From positions 1-64,000 of IMG/VR virus record IMGVR_UViG_3300030333_001364: 64,000 bases of DNA; one strand, 5' to 3'. Below the pieces are notes generated by a model. It ran no database searches. It saw only the letters and a program-made list of their open reading frames with translations, and was not told where the DNA came from. This DNA is from a virus. Its lineage: Duplodnaviria; Caudoviricetes. This document shows positions 26,696-38,600 of the stretch, piece by piece (positions within the stretch are counted from its first letter, which is position 1; each line of letters begins with the position of its first letter). Made by a program: the position numbers and the translations under genes.

Positions 26696-29562
26696 TGTCA
26701 TTCCAATTAGGTTCCGTAAATAGACAGTTCAACACAGAGTCAGAGACTTTTGTACAGTCTTTCAATCTGACTCATGATGGTGATCCATTGTTTCATAAGA
26801 AATTTGATGGGTCTGATAACGCACAGGTATTGTTAGGTGATGATTCTTTTGTTATCAAAAATCATTTCTTTGTAACTGGAGAGCAAGTAAAATATCAGGC
26901 AGACACAGACTTATCTGGTAGACCAGTAGGTATACAACATGGACTGAATGGAGTTGGTGCTGCAACCACATTGCCACAAGATGTATTTGTTATCAAAGTA
27001 AGTGAAAATAATTTCAAGGTTGCTGCAACTAAAGCATTAGCAAAAGCAGGAAGTCCTATTGGTCTGACAACTGTTGGTGCTGGTGTAACACATACCTTTA
27101 CATCAATAGACAAGAATTCAAAGTGTGTAATAGCGATTGACGATATCATACAGTCACCTGTATATAAGAGAAATGGTGCAACAACAACATTAGTCAATAT
27201 CGCTAATAGAGAAGCGAATGTCACAGATGCTTCATTCATGAAACAGTATGATCTTCTACAGATCAACGATGAAATAGTTCGTATTGCTGCTCTTCATTTC
27301 AATGGTGTACAGAATAAATTATTGCTAGACAGAAACTGGATGGGCACTACAAAGCAGGGACACTCTGCTGGTGATACTGTGCAGTTAGTTTTTGGTGATT
27401 ATAATATTGTAAATGATAAGATAACATTTGCTGATGTACCATTTGGTGGTACAAGACAAACTGTAGGTATTGACTCCAGTGATTTTGTTGGTAATACGTT
27501 TGGTGCTTTGACTGAAGTATTCCAGACTGGTACTAAGGTAAAAATTAGAAGTTTGAACCCACCATCACCGTTAGTTGCAAACGATGATTACTTCATCATC
27601 ACAAACGCTGCAAATAACTTTTCTTTTGCTGCTACAAAGGGTGAAGCATTGGTTGGTATTGCTATTACTTTGACAAATGCTGGTATAGGAACTCATAAAC
27701 TAATCGTTGCTGACATAGTAGAGGGTTCTTCTTTCCATGGTAGACAATTTATCAGATCTGACTATGCTGGTAATGTTATATTAGATGATATATCACAGAA
27801 TTTTACAGGTATAGGAAAGACATTTACACTTACAGAAGATGGTAATAACACTACTGGTATCACTAGCGACTTTGGTGCTATATTGATAAACAATATCTTC
27901 CAAAAACCAGAGGTAGACTACAACTTCTTGAGTTCTCCGTCACCAGGTATTACGTCTGTGAGATTTACTGGTAATGAAGCACCTGGCGTTACAGAGATAT
28001 TGTCAGATGATGATGTAAATGCTAACAGACTTCCAAGAAAAGGTATATTAGTATCTGTTTCTAACTCAGAAGGACTAGGATATCTGCCAGGTCAGTATGA
28101 TGACATAAGATTAGAGAGTGCAAGTACTGGTATAGGTGCATCTATTGCAGTAGAAATAGGTGTTGGTAATAGTATTTCAAGATTTAGACTACAAAATCCT
28201 GGTTTTGGATACACAACTGGTGAGAATTTGAATGTTGTAGGTATACCAACCATATCATCTTATGGTTCAGACTTCTCAGCAGCACAATTTACTGTCGTAG
28301 ATACAGCAGATGATGAGTTTACTGGGTTTGTATTTGGTAAATTACAAGTTCTTGATGATATATCTGATCAATTTGATGGTAGGAAGAAGATATTTACTCT
28401 CAAAGAGAACAACATAACGATTAGTATCGAAAAAGTTGAAGGATCAATATTAAGTTTACAAGATGTACTGATGATATTTGTGAATGACACCCTACAAAAA
28501 CCAGGTGTAGCGTACAAATTTGAAGGTGGTACACAAATAGAGTTTTTAGAACCACCAGTTGAGGGTTCTGTCTGTCAAATACTATTCTACAGAGGTACTG
28601 ATAAAGATATTTCTACAACAACATCTCTACAGACAATCAAAACTGGTGATGGTCTGTCAATCAAGAGACAAGATGAGAGAATAGTCAGAGGTATTTTAGC
28701 AAGAGACTCCTTACAGACTACAAACTATAAAGGTGTCAACATATCTGCTACAAAAATACCAAGAAGACCAGTTATGTGGTCTAAACAACAAGATGATTTG
28801 TTTATTGAAGGTGTAAAGGTAAGTAAATCAAGAGATATGTACGAACCAAGAATATTCCCTGCTACAAGATTGATAAAATCAGTGGATGCTGGTGACTCAA
28901 CAGCGTATGTAATAGGTGGTACATTAGGGTTCAAGAAAACTGAGACGAATACTGGTTATTCTCCTACTACAGACTTCCCTATCAAAATTGTAGATGATAA
29001 TTTTGAAACAGGATTTGGTTCTACTACATTTGAGATGAAACTTGATAAACAAACATCTGCAAATATCTTTGGAGATGAGGGTAATATCATAGGTGTTGGT
29101 GTAGCAGCATCAAGACTATCAATGCACCTACATCTACCAGCAGATAACTCATTGAGAAGTACTCGTTTTGGTGGTTTGACAAAAACTGGTATCAGCACAG
29201 GTGATTATATGGTGGTGAGTAGATCAAACGTTGGTACTGGATTGACATCTAAAAATACTGCTGATAATGCTATTGTTGGCATTGCAACAGAATTTATTGA
29301 TGGAGTTTATCAGATTGCTGATATAGAAGATGTTACCGCACAGATAGTCAGAGTTCACGTCAATATTGAGACAGGTCATGGACTCAACTTCACAGGTCTC
29401 AGTAGTGCTATAGGTAATTACTACGGGTCATATTCTTGGGGTAAAGTGGTCACAGGATCCATTGGAACCTCCTTCGCAGTCAACACTTTGGACGGTGTTA
29501 CTGGACTATCCACTGCACCACAAGTCATCAGAGATGAAAAATTACTTGTGGACTACCCATAA
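26695..29562 (+). CDS. Virion structural protein (baseplate/fibre associated)
   Basis: Beta-rich with LDDIS..FDG repeats; lies between gp7 and gp8. Confidence 0.7.
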   Translation: MSFQLGSVNRQFNTESETFVQSFNLTHDGDPLFHKKFDGSDNAQVLLGDDSFVIKNHFFVTGEQVKYQADTDLSGRPVGIQHGLNGVGAATTLPQDVFVIKVSENNFKVAATKALAKAGSPIGLTTVGAGVTHTFTSIDKNSKCVIAIDDIIQSPVYKRNGATTTLVNIANREANVTDASFMKQYDLLQINDEIVRIAALHFNGVQNKLLLDRNWMGTTKQGHSAGDTVQLVFGDYNIVNDKITFADVPFGGTRQTVGIDSSDFVGNTFGALTEVFQTGTKVKIRSLNPPSPLVANDDYFIITNAANNFSFAATKGEALVGIAITLTNAGIGTHKLIVADIVEGSSFHGRQFIRSDYAGNVILDDISQNFTGIGKTFTLTEDGNNTTGITSDFGAILINNIFQKPEVDYNFLSSPSPGITSVRFTGNEAPGVTEILSDDDVNANRLPRKGILVSVSNSEGLGYLPGQYDDIRLESASTGIGASIAVEIGVGNSISRFRLQNPGFGYTTGENLNVVGIPTISSYGSDFSAAQFTVVDTADDEFTGFVFGKLQVLDDISDQFDGRKKIFTLKENNITISIEKVEGSILSLQDVLMIFVNDTLQKPGVAYKFEGGTQIEFLEPPVEGSVCQILFYRGTDKDISTTTSLQTIKTGDGLSIKRQDERIVRGILARDSLQTTNYKGVNISATKIPRRPVMWSKQQDDLFIEGVKVSKSRDMYEPRIFPATRLIKSVDAGDSTAYVIGGTLGFKKTETNTGYSPTTDFPIKIVDDNFETGFGSTTFEMKLDKQTSANIFGDEGNIIGVGVAASRLSMHLHLPADNSLRSTRFGGLTKTGISTGDYMVVSRSNVGTGLTSKNTADNAIVGIATEFIDGVYQIADIEDVTAQIVRVHVNIETGHGLNFTGLSSAIGNYYGSYSWGKVVTGSIGTSFAVNTLDGVTGLSTAPQVIRDEKLLVDYP

Positions 29563-29565
29563 ATA
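29558..29565 (+). promoter_or_regulatory. Late promoter
   Basis: CATAAATA upstream of gp8. Confidence 0.65.
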
Positions 29566-29589
29566 GATTGATAGAAATTAATTAGGTAA

Positions 29590-31119
29590 ATGCCAGCGAT
29601 TATAACTGATCAGATTAGAGTGTTGAATGCTGAAAACTTTGTCAGTGGGATATCAACCACGGACAATTCTTATTATGTCTTCATAGGATTGCCTAATGCA
29701 ACCTCTGTAGCATCTGACTGGAACACCAATACTCCTTCCCCCATTGACAATTTTGATGAACATGACAATGTTTATGATACTTTGATTAGTGCCAAGAAGA
29801 TAAATTCAGCAGACGTGTTGAGAGTTATAAGAAAAAGAGAATGGACAACTGGTTCAATTTACGAGATGTATCGCCATGATTATAGTATCAATAATACAAC
29901 ACCTCAAACGAGTTCCACAAGTTTATATAATAGTAATTACTACGTTATCAACTCTGATTTCAGAATCTATGAGTGCATCTATAATGGTGCTGCACCTTCC
30001 AACTCTGGAAAAGGTATTATCTCATTACAAGAACCTCTTCATACAGATTTGCAACCTAGACTTGAGAGTGATGGATATATTTGGAAGTATCTTTTCACAA
30101 TCAAACCTAGTGATATCATAAAGTTTGATAGTGCAGACTTCATACCAGTTCCAGCAAACTGGAAAACTTCTACTGACACAGCAGATGTAAAGAATGCTGC
30201 TGTAGATGGAAAGATTGAAGTTATTACAATAGATGATATAGCAAGTGCTTCATATCAGTTCACTGGTACTAAAAATAATGTACCTATCAGAGGTGATGGT
30301 TCTGGTGGTTTAGCATCAGTGACATTTACCAATGGTAAACCAACTGCTGTTCAGGTAACAAACGGAGGTTCAGGATACACATTTGCTACTCTGGATTTAG
30401 ATGCTGTTGTTACAGGATCAGGAGCATCTTTCTCAGTTATCATACCACCACCTGGCGGACATGGTGCTGATGTATACCGTGAACTAGGATCTAACAAGGT
30501 TCTTGTTTACAGTAGGATTGAAAATGCTGATGTAACTAACCCTGACTTCCCAACTGGTAACCAGTTTGCAAGAATTGGTATTATCAAGAATCCTGAAGTC
30601 AATGGCAGTACAAACATACTGACAGATCCTAGTGCTACTGGGGTTTATGGATTACGACTTGCTGGTGCAGCGTCAACAACAATGACCGTTGAAGTTGATG
30701 GTATTGTAAGTCAAACTGTAGGAACAGGTGCTACTGCTTTAGGTAGAATCGTCAACTACGATCCAGCAACTCAAGTATTGCAGTATTGGCAGGATAGATC
30801 AGTTGCTTCTGGAGACGCAACTTCCCTTTCCCAATTCGCACTAAATAGATTCACGGCTTCCCCTGCTACAGGCGGGAGTTTGAACGTTGTTGTAAAAACA
30901 ACAGGGGGTACAGAAACCCTTGCAATTGATAATACGTTTACAGGAGTTTCTACTACAGTAAACAATAGAGCATATTATTTCGGTCAAACATTTACCTCTG
31001 GTATTGCTTCCCCAGAGATTAAGAAGTACTCAGGAGATATTATCTACCTTGATAATAGACCTGAAGTCACAAGAGCAACTAACCAACGTGAAGATATAAA
31101 AATTATCTTAGAATTCTGA
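29590..31119 (+). CDS. gp8: Baseplate wedge subunit gp8
   Basis: MPAIITDQIR, DGYIWKYLF and YSGDIIYLDNR...EDIKIILEF motifs. Confidence 0.9.
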   Translation: MPAIITDQIRVLNAENFVSGISTTDNSYYVFIGLPNATSVASDWNTNTPSPIDNFDEHDNVYDTLISAKKINSADVLRVIRKREWTTGSIYEMYRHDYSINNTTPQTSSTSLYNSNYYVINSDFRIYECIYNGAAPSNSGKGIISLQEPLHTDLQPRLESDGYIWKYLFTIKPSDIIKFDSADFIPVPANWKTSTDTADVKNAAVDGKIEVITIDDIASASYQFTGTKNNVPIRGDGSGGLASVTFTNGKPTAVQVTNGGSGYTFATLDLDAVVTGSGASFSVIIPPPGGHGADVYRELGSNKVLVYSRIENADVTNPDFPTGNQFARIGIIKNPEVNGSTNILTDPSATGVYGLRLAGAASTTMTVEVDGIVSQTVGTGATALGRIVNYDPATQVLQYWQDRSVASGDATSLSQFALNRFTASPATGGSLNVVVKTTGGTETLAIDNTFTGVSTTVNNRAYYFGQTFTSGIASPEIKKYSGDIIYLDNRPEVTRATNQREDIKIILEF

Positions 31120-31123
31120 TACG

Positions 31124-34100
31124 ATGCCACAGAACACCAACCTAAACGTCAGTCCATATTTCGACGATTTTGATTCTGAAAAGAATTATAACAAAGTCCT
31201 ATTCAAACCCGGAACTCCCGTTCAGGCAAGAGAACTAACGACTTTGCAATCTATTTTGCAAGGGCAAATAGAGAAGTTTGGAAAACATATATTCAAAGAA
31301 GGGTCAATAGTTATACCTGGTAAGTTTAACTATGACTTTGACTACACATATGTCAAAATAGAATCTACATTTTTTGGTGTTCCTGTAGAAGGCTATTACT
31401 CACATCTTGTTGGACTACGTATCAAAGGTAAGGACTCTGGTGTTACAGCGAAGGTTATAAAAGTATTATCACAGACAGAGTCTGTGGATCAAGCAACAAC
31501 TCTTTATATCAAGTATGAGGGTAGTTCTGATGATTTGACTCGTGATACATTCCTTGATGGTGAAAATCTGATTACATTATCTACGTTCACCTATGGAGTA
31601 ACAACAATTGAAGAAGGATCTGACTTTGCTACTGCGACTACTTCAAATGCTACTGGTACTGGTAGTGCTTTTACAATTGTCAGAGGTGTATTCTTCGCTA
31701 GGGGTGCTTTCGTAGAAGTAAAAACTCAATCTATGATACTAGATCAGTATTCTAATACTCCTAGTTATAGAGTTGGTTTCAATGTTGTAGAGAGTATTAT
31801 AACTGCTGTAGATGATGATACTTTATATGATAACGCTGCTGGATTCAGTAACTTTACTGCACCTGGCTCTGATCGTCTGAAGATTGAACTAAAACTTACT
31901 AAGAAACTTACAACAGATTTCAATGATGAAAACTTCATTGAATTGATGAGAGCACATGAAGGTGAAGTAAGAAATATTGTTGATAGAACTGTATATTCTG
32001 AGTTGGCAAAGGAGTTTGCACGTCGTACATACGATGAAAGTGGAAACTATTATGTCACTAAGTTTGATATAGAAGCAAAAGAATGTCTGAATGATAGGTA
32101 CTCTACTTTCGGTCAGTTTACTTCAAATCAAATTACAGAAGATGGAAACAAACCATCAAAAGATTTACTATGTCTCCGCATAGGTCCTGGTAAAGCATTT
32201 GTGAAGGGATATGAGACACAAGTGATGGGTAACGCATTTGTTGATGTTGTAAAACCCAGAACTACCAAGACTATTGAGACAAGAGCAATACCATTCGTAG
32301 CAGGAAATAGACTTAGACTAAACAACGTATTATCTGGTGCTCAAATCAAAATGGACACCACAGATACTATAGAACTTAGAGATGCAAGACTAGAATCTAC
32401 TAAATCCAACTCTGTTGGTAATGTAATTGGTCGAGCAAGAGTGTATGATTATAAACTTCAGAACTCCGGCTATACCAATAATTCATCAGTGTATGAGTTA
32501 TTTTTATACGATATCGTAACTGATACATCAATTACAATCAACAACGCAATATCTCTAAATGCTCCTGCACTTATAGAGGGTTCTAGATCTGGTGCTAGAG
32601 GTATGCTGAAGACTGACGTTTCTAACTCAGCATCACTGACCTTATCTGAAACTTCTGGTAAATTTGTAAATGGTGAACAGATTATAATAAATGGTGTATC
32701 ACAAGGTTTCATCATAACTGCTACTACAGAGTATGATATATCTGATGTAAAATCAGTCAGAGGAACTGGTGGTGGTAGAACATTTACTGCTGATGTTTTA
32801 CTAGAAACAAAAACAGATTTTGGAGCAAGAGGATTTTCAATCAGTGCTCCATCTGGTGGTGTAAGCACACTATCATCTAGTGGTACAGGTTGGGCAAAAT
32901 TCCTGAAGGTTGGTGATATCATAGAATACACTCAGAGTGGTGTAAACCTTCCTTGTTACCATAAAGTTACTGCTATCGCTGCTACTGGTCTAACTGCAAC
33001 TGTAGATGATGTTGCTGATGTATCAAATGTATGTGATGGTACACTACCAACAGGTGCTATTCAAGTCAGTGGATTGAAAGTTGTTTCTGGTCTACTAAGA
33101 GAATCAAAAGATGCTTTCTTATCAGCAGATATGCCACACAATTATGTTGCATCTGTTGACCTCACTGATTCTACTCTCTTTGTTCGTGAAGAGGTGGTAA
33201 ATCTAACCTCTAATAGTGGAGGTCAGATGGATCTACCTTCATTGATAGGTACAGAATTTGTGTATGCAGGATTTGATGAGGAAAGATATAACATCATGTA
33301 CAATGATGGTAGTGTAGAGGATCTAAAATCTGACCAATTTGTATTGACTAATGGTGGTAAGGGTGCAACTATATCTGGTTTGACTGCTAACCAATCATCT
33401 AATGTTGATGTACATGTAACTAAACAGAAGTCTAAAGTTACATCTAAATCAAAGACACTTGTAAAGTCAGGTGAATTGGTGGTTACTGGTTCTAAGAATG
33501 CTGGTGCATCTGGAGATGGTTCTGGTCTTACAACAAGTGCAATATATGGTAAGAGAGTACAAGATAGAGAGATATCATTAGACGTTCCTGATGTTGTTGA
33601 GGTTCATGCTGTATTTGAATCATCAAATGAAGGTGATCCAACAATACCAAAAATTACTATGGCATCTTTCACAGGTCCTAGTAGTAACAACTCAGATATT
33701 ATCGTTGGAGAGGTAGGTATAGGTAAGTCCTCAGGGTGTGCAGCGTACGTTCTAGCACGTTCTGGAGCAGATGGAGTAGAAATATGTGTCAAGAACTCTA
33801 AGACCTTTATAGAGACTGAGGAGATATCATTTGATACCTCTGGTGTAAAAGCAAATATCTCTGTTGTCTCACCTGGTGATCCTAATATTCGTTCAAACTT
33901 CTTATTAGATAATGGTCAGAGAGATGAGTATTATGATTTTGGACGTCTGGTAAGAAAAGGAACTGCTGCTGAACCAAATGGTAGATTGAAAATCTACATG
34001 GATCATTACACTATAAATTCTGAAGATTCTGGTGACCTAGTTACAGCATCATCTTATGAAAAGGCACAATATGATTCTGTTCCTACATTGAATGGTCAGA

Positions 34101-37100
34101 GAAATACTGATATCATAGATTTACGTCCACGTGTTGCTAATTACAGTGGTTCTAGATCTCCATTTGAGTTTGCTTCAAGAAACTTTAGTGCTACTGGTCA
34201 GTCATGTGCTGTTTTAGAGAGTAATGAGAATATAACATTTGATTATGACATCTATCTTGGTAGAAAAGATAGGTTATACATCAATCCTAATAGTAGTTTT
34301 ACTGTTGTAGAAGGTACACCAAGTGAAAACCCTGTGTTACCTGATGTTATCAACGGTAGTTTCTTACTAGCAGATATTGAGTATGCACCTTATGTGTATA
34401 ACGCTCGTGGTGAAGTCAAAATAGACTACAAAGCAAATAGACGTTATACCATGAAAGATATTGGTAAGTTAGAGACTAGAATTGAGACATTAGAAGAGGT
34501 TACATCTCTATCACTTCTTGAGACTAAGACATCTGCACTTACTATCAAAGATCCAACCACTGGTCTTGACAGATTCAAGAACGGTTTTGTTGTAGATCCA
34601 TTCAACAATTATGACATAGCAGATAAGACACAGACAGAGATAAAATTTGAAGTAGATGGTGGTAAACTTACTGCAAGAAAGCATCGTGATTCTATAGATC
34701 TTCTTATGGGGTCAAACACTGTAGTAGGTTTGACTGGTGCACCTGATCCTACAGTAGATCCTAGATTTGCTACTGATCTAAATTCACCTAATGTCAAGAA
34801 AACTGGTAATGTGGTTACTCTTGATTACACCGAGGTAGAAGATAGAAATCAACCATTCGCTACACGTCTTGAAAGTGTAAACCCATACATGTATAGAGAT
34901 TGGAATGGTAGGTTACATCTTGATCCAGATCAGGACGTTTACATTGATAGAAATCAAGTATCCATAGAACAAGGTGTTGGATTCTCTAATGACTTCTATT
35001 CACAGACTGAACCTCAACCATTCATGCGTGAGCAAAATATTGAGTTCAATGTAACTGTTCTAAAACCTGACACTAATCACTTCGCTTACTGGTCTGGTAC
35101 AGATATGATCGAAAACTCATATGTCGTACCAAAACTATTAGAAGTAACACCTATTAGTGGTTCATTTGAAGTAGGTGAGACTGTAAGAGGTCTTGCTGTA
35201 TCAACACAGAACGCAAGTCAGGGTGAGGATATAAGATTTAGACTTTGCACACCAAACCATAAAGCAGGTGCTTTCTCTAGTCCTAATCTTGTATACAATA
35301 TAAACCCATACAGTCCTACAGTTGGATTATCATCTTCTTATTCTGAGACATCTACAGTCTTGAACGTTGACTGTGCGTCATTGAATCAGAAATCAGATGG
35401 TAACTTCTTCGGATTCATCACCAATGGTATGCTTTTGATAGGTGAGAATAGCGGAGCACAAGCAACTGTATCTAATGTCAGATTGGTAAGTGATGACATT
35501 GGAACATTACAGGGTTGTTACTACATTCCACCAAATACATTCCAAGATGGTTCTAACGTTGCATTGATTACGCAAGTAAAACCTGAGAATAGAATACCTG
35601 GTAAAAACATATCGAATGCAGAGCAAGAGTTCTTCTCAGAAGGATTTGAAATTACAGAAACAACTGTAATAAGAACAGAACCAAACCTTCCTGTTCCTGT
35701 CATCAACAATATTACTAATGTTACCAATAATATAACCAATATACAAAATATAACAAACGTTACTCATGTAGAAGATGACCCACTATGCCAGAGTTTTGAA
35801 GTCGGTGAAGACAATGGTATATTCATGACTGGTGTGGACTTATTCTTCCAGAGTAAATCTGAAGTTATCCCAGTAAACGTCCATATTGTTACTCTTGAGA
35901 ATGGTTTCCCATCTCAAAAGATAATGAAGAATAGTCAAGTTGAACTACAACCATCTCAGGTCAATATATCTGATGACGGTACAGTTCCAACTAGATTCCA
36001 ATTCCCTGCACCTGTGTATCTACCACGAGGTGACTATGCAATCTATCTCGGATCTCCATCTGCTGATTACGATGCATGGATATCACAAGTTGGTGAGAAT
36101 GATATTACAACTGCTAATCTCAGTCAGTTCCAGCAAATTGTTGTATCTAAACAGCCCACACAAGGATCACTATTCAAAGCACAAAGTAACACCACATGGA
36201 CTGCTTCACAGTTAGAAGACTTAAAATACATAACACACAAAGCAAAATTTGTAGAGGGCGATGGTACAGTTAGACTCTACAATCCACAATTAGGCAAGTA
36301 CAATGAAAGAAACAAACTCGGAGAAAACCCAATCGAAACATTCTCTAAGCAAGTCTTTATCGGACTTGGATCGGGAACTGACACTCCGCACATCACAGAA
36401 GGAACTATTATATCGCAAAGCAATAACACGACTGCACGAGGAGTTGTTGGTGCAAAACTCTCTGCGATCTCACAAGCAGCGAACTCACTCTCAATCACCA
36501 ACGGGGGAGCAGGATACGAAGACAACAACTACGAAGTAACACTCTCTGCTATTACAGGTAAGGGAACTGGTGCTGTAGGTATTCTAACCGTATCATCTGG
36601 TGTAATTACACAAGCAACCATCAAGACTGATAACACAGGTAGTGGATATAACGTAGGTGATACCTTGACTGCAAACTTAGGTTCTAAGGGATTAGGTCAA
36701 GACTTGATACTTACTGTTGGTGTTACCACTGTAACTAATGCACTACAACTTACAAACTGTTCTGGTGCAGACTTCAATACTTCTGATACTATCACTATCA
36801 TACCTTCTGCTGGTGCAGGAGCTGGTATAGCATCAGCCCAGAATGCTATCATTCCTACAACAGTGACAGTGGATTCCAATCAGTATGATGGACAACACTT
36901 CAAGGTATATCATCCAAATCATGGTCATCATGATATTGGATCTGTAGTGACATTTGATAATATTACTGGTGATTCAGTACCAACAAAACTTACTGTTGGA
37001 TATGCTGCTAGTGTTACATCCAATGTATCCGTAGCAAGTTCTACTGGATTCAACTTCTTTGAAGGTGCTCAAGTCTCCGCAAGTAATCCTGGTTACGCAT

Positions 37101-38185
37101 TGATAGGGGATGAAATTATAGAGTATACCTCAGTTGGAACCAATGTTCTATCGGGAACAATAGTACGTGGTATCGATAGTAGTCTCGCTAGTGATCATGC
37201 GATCAATGATCCAGTGCAGAAATATGAGTTGTCTGGTATATCTCTTCGTAAGATAAACAAGACACATAATATAACAGATACCAATTCTATACCAGATCAG
37301 ATCTCACTTGATCATTACTATGTCAAGATAGGTGGAACTAAACTGTTCAACAAAGATAAAGTTGGTGGTGGAACTAGAGGACTAGCAACTTCCAATATCA
37401 TATTTGACACAGTCAATCCAAACATCAATCATAGTGTACCTGTTGGTACTAAGATTACTGGTAAAGTAAGAACCATCACAGGTAAGAGTGTTGGTGGTAC
37501 AGAGACACCTTACTTAGATAAGGGATTCCAAGATATCTCTCTATTCGGTAAAACTAATCTTGGATCAACAAGAATGATTGCTACTAGGGAAGTAGAAACA
37601 GCGAAGAGTACAATCCTTCCATTGCCTGGTGCTAAATCATTTACATTTGAAGCAACATTGTCATCTGAAGATACCAATGTTTCACCTTCAATCAACGTAT
37701 TTACAAGTTCTATTCTTACAGAATCAAATCGTATCAATAGACCTATCGTAAACTTCAAGATAGATAACAGATCAAATCTCTTAGAAGATCCACATGACTT
37801 TGTATATCAGACAAAAGAGATTGGATTAGAGAACCCATCATCTTCACTCAAAGTGTTATTTGCAGCAATGCGTCCACCTAGTGCTGACATGAGAGTTCTA
37901 TATCGCTTGAAGAGAGCAGACACATCAACGTTTGACAAAAAGTATGAACTATTCCCTGGCTTCAAGAATTTAGATTCTGCCGGAGATGTACTCAATCCAG
38001 ATAACAATGATGGACAGTCTGATAAGAAAATTCCAGCTAGTTTGAATAATCAGTTTGTAGAGTATGAGTACACAGTAGACAATCTACCACAGTTTACTGC
38101 CTTCCAAATCAAGGTTGTATTCAGCACAACGAATCAATCTGAGTCTCCCGAACTAATGGACTTCCGTACAATCGCAGTCGCATAA
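31124..38185 (+). CDS. Large virion protein, DUF4815/VrlC-like
   Basis: NLNVSPYFDDF, VQARELT, ARRTYDESG, RRYTMKDIG and DRFKNGFVVD motifs. Confidence 0.8.
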   Translation: MPQNTNLNVSPYFDDFDSEKNYNKVLFKPGTPVQARELTTLQSILQGQIEKFGKHIFKEGSIVIPGKFNYDFDYTYVKIESTFFGVPVEGYYSHLVGLRIKGKDSGVTAKVIKVLSQTESVDQATTLYIKYEGSSDDLTRDTFLDGENLITLSTFTYGVTTIEEGSDFATATTSNATGTGSAFTIVRGVFFARGAFVEVKTQSMILDQYSNTPSYRVGFNVVESIITAVDDDTLYDNAAGFSNFTAPGSDRLKIELKLTKKLTTDFNDENFIELMRAHEGEVRNIVDRTVYSELAKEFARRTYDESGNYYVTKFDIEAKECLNDRYSTFGQFTSNQITEDGNKPSKDLLCLRIGPGKAFVKGYETQVMGNAFVDVVKPRTTKTIETRAIPFVAGNRLRLNNVLSGAQIKMDTTDTIELRDARLESTKSNSVGNVIGRARVYDYKLQNSGYTNNSSVYELFLYDIVTDTSITINNAISLNAPALIEGSRSGARGMLKTDVSNSASLTLSETSGKFVNGEQIIINGVSQGFIITATTEYDISDVKSVRGTGGGRTFTADVLLETKTDFGARGFSISAPSGGVSTLSSSGTGWAKFLKVGDIIEYTQSGVNLPCYHKVTAIAATGLTATVDDVADVSNVCDGTLPTGAIQVSGLKVVSGLLRESKDAFLSADMPHNYVASVDLTDSTLFVREEVVNLTSNSGGQMDLPSLIGTEFVYAGFDEERYNIMYNDGSVEDLKSDQFVLTNGGKGATISGLTANQSSNVDVHVTKQKSKVTSKSKTLVKSGELVVTGSKNAGASGDGSGLTTSAIYGKRVQDREISLDVPDVVEVHAVFESSNEGDPTIPKITMASFTGPSSNNSDIIVGEVGIGKSSGCAAYVLARSGADGVEICVKNSKTFIETEEISFDTSGVKANISVVSPGDPNIRSNFLLDNGQRDEYYDFGRLVRKGTAAEPNGRLKIYMDHYTINSEDSGDLVTASSYEKAQYDSVPTLNGQRNTDIIDLRPRVANYSGSRSPFEFASRNFSATGQSCAVLESNENITFDYDIYLGRKDRLYINPNSSFTVVEGTPSENPVLPDVINGSFLLADIEYAPYVYNARGEVKIDYKANRRYTMKDIGKLETRIETLEEVTSLSLLETKTSALTIKDPTTGLDRFKNGFVVDPFNNYDIADKTQTEIKFEVDGGKLTARKHRDSIDLLMGSNTVVGLTGAPDPTVDPRFATDLNSPNVKKTGNVVTLDYTEVEDRNQPFATRLESVNPYMYRDWNGRLHLDPDQDVYIDRNQVSIEQGVGFSNDFYSQTEPQPFMREQNIEFNVTVLKPDTNHFAYWSGTDMIENSYVVPKLLEVTPISGSFEVGETVRGLAVSTQNASQGEDIRFRLCTPNHKAGAFSSPNLVYNINPYSPTVGLSSSYSETSTVLNVDCASLNQKSDGNFFGFITNGMLLIGENSGAQATVSNVRLVSDDIGTLQGCYYIPPNTFQDGSNVALITQVKPENRIPGKNISNAEQEFFSEGFEITETTVIRTEPNLPVPVINNITNVTNNITNIQNITNVTHVEDDPLCQSFEVGEDNGIFMTGVDLFFQSKSEVIPVNVHIVTLENGFPSQKIMKNSQVELQPSQVNISDDGTVPTRFQFPAPVYLPRGDYAIYLGSPSADYDAWISQVGENDITTANLSQFQQIVVSKQPTQGSLFKAQSNTTWTASQLEDLKYITHKAKFVEGDGTVRLYNPQLGKYNERNKLGENPIETFSKQVFIGLGSGTDTPHITEGTIISQSNNTTARGVVGAKLSAISQAANSLSITNGGAGYEDNNYEVTLSAITGKGTGAVGILTVSSGVITQATIKTDNTGSGYNVGDTLTANLGSKGLGQDLILTVGVTTVTNALQLTNCSGADFNTSDTITIIPSAGAGAGIASAQNAIIPTTVTVDSNQYDGQHFKVYHPNHGHHDIGSVVTFDNITGDSVPTKLTVGYAASVTSNVSVASSTGFNFFEGAQVSASNPGYALIGDEIIEYTSVGTNVLSGTIVRGIDSSLASDHAINDPVQKYELSGISLRKINKTHNITDTNSIPDQISLDHYYVKIGGTKLFNKDKVGGGTRGLATSNIIFDTVNPNINHSVPVGTKITGKVRTITGKSVGGTETPYLDKGFQDISLFGKTNLGSTRMIATREVETAKSTILPLPGAKSFTFEATLSSEDTNVSPSINVFTSSILTESNRINRPIVNFKIDNRSNLLEDPHDFVYQTKEIGLENPSSSLKVLFAAMRPPSADMRVLYRLKRADTSTFDKKYELFPGFKNLDSAGDVLNPDNNDGQSDKKIPASLNNQFVEYEYTVDNLPQFTAFQIKVVFSTTNQSESPELMDFRTIAVA

Positions 38186-38319
38186 TGTGCACAGAAGCAC
38201 CCAGAAAAACAGCAAAGAGACTTATAAAAAAAGCAAAGAAACATCCAGAGCAGTATTCTGCATCTGAGGTTCTTTATGCTAAACTTATAAGAAAAGCAGA
38301 AAAGAAAAATGCCAATTAA
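38185..38319 (+). CDS. Small basic protein (44 aa)
   Basis: MCTEAPRKTAKRLIKKAKKHPEQY..., translated by hand; TAATG-coupled. Confidence 0.6.
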   Translation: MCTEAPRKTAKRLIKKAKKHPEQYSASEVLYAKLIRKAEKKNAN

Positions 38320-38443
38320 TGCATGGAGTTTAGCAGCAGAGGTTCTTGAGGGAACCCTAGATGAAACTTACCCCATTATCAAAAATGAAAAAAAGGATCA
38401 AAGTGAAGGATCATCCGAATCTGGAAAGAGATCCGAAGACTAA
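38309..38443 (+). CDS. Small hypothetical protein (44 aa)
   Basis: MPINAWSLAAEVLEGTLDETYPI..., translated by hand. Confidence 0.5.
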   Translation: MPINAWSLAAEVLEGTLDETYPIIKNEKKDQSEGSSESGKRSED

Positions 38444-38579
38444 TGCTATAGTCTCAACTGATAACTCTGGTTATCAGAAATATATGAATCAAAAAGAAAT
38501 TATTCAGAGACAGCAAGATAGGATAGAGTATCTAGAATCTGAAATCATTGTTATAAAACAGATGTTGATGAATAAATAG
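38385..38579 (+). CDS. Conserved small late protein
   Basis: KVKDHPNLERD..TNAIV followed by a coiled coil. Confidence 0.7.
   Translation: MKKRIKVKDHPNLERDPKTNAIVSTDNSGYQKYMNQKEIIQRQQDRIEYLESEIIVIKQMLMNK
38572..38578 (+). promoter_or_regulatory. Late promoter
   Basis: ATAAATA upstream of 38601. Confidence 0.55.
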
Positions 38580-38600
38580 ATCTGAATATACTATTTCCTA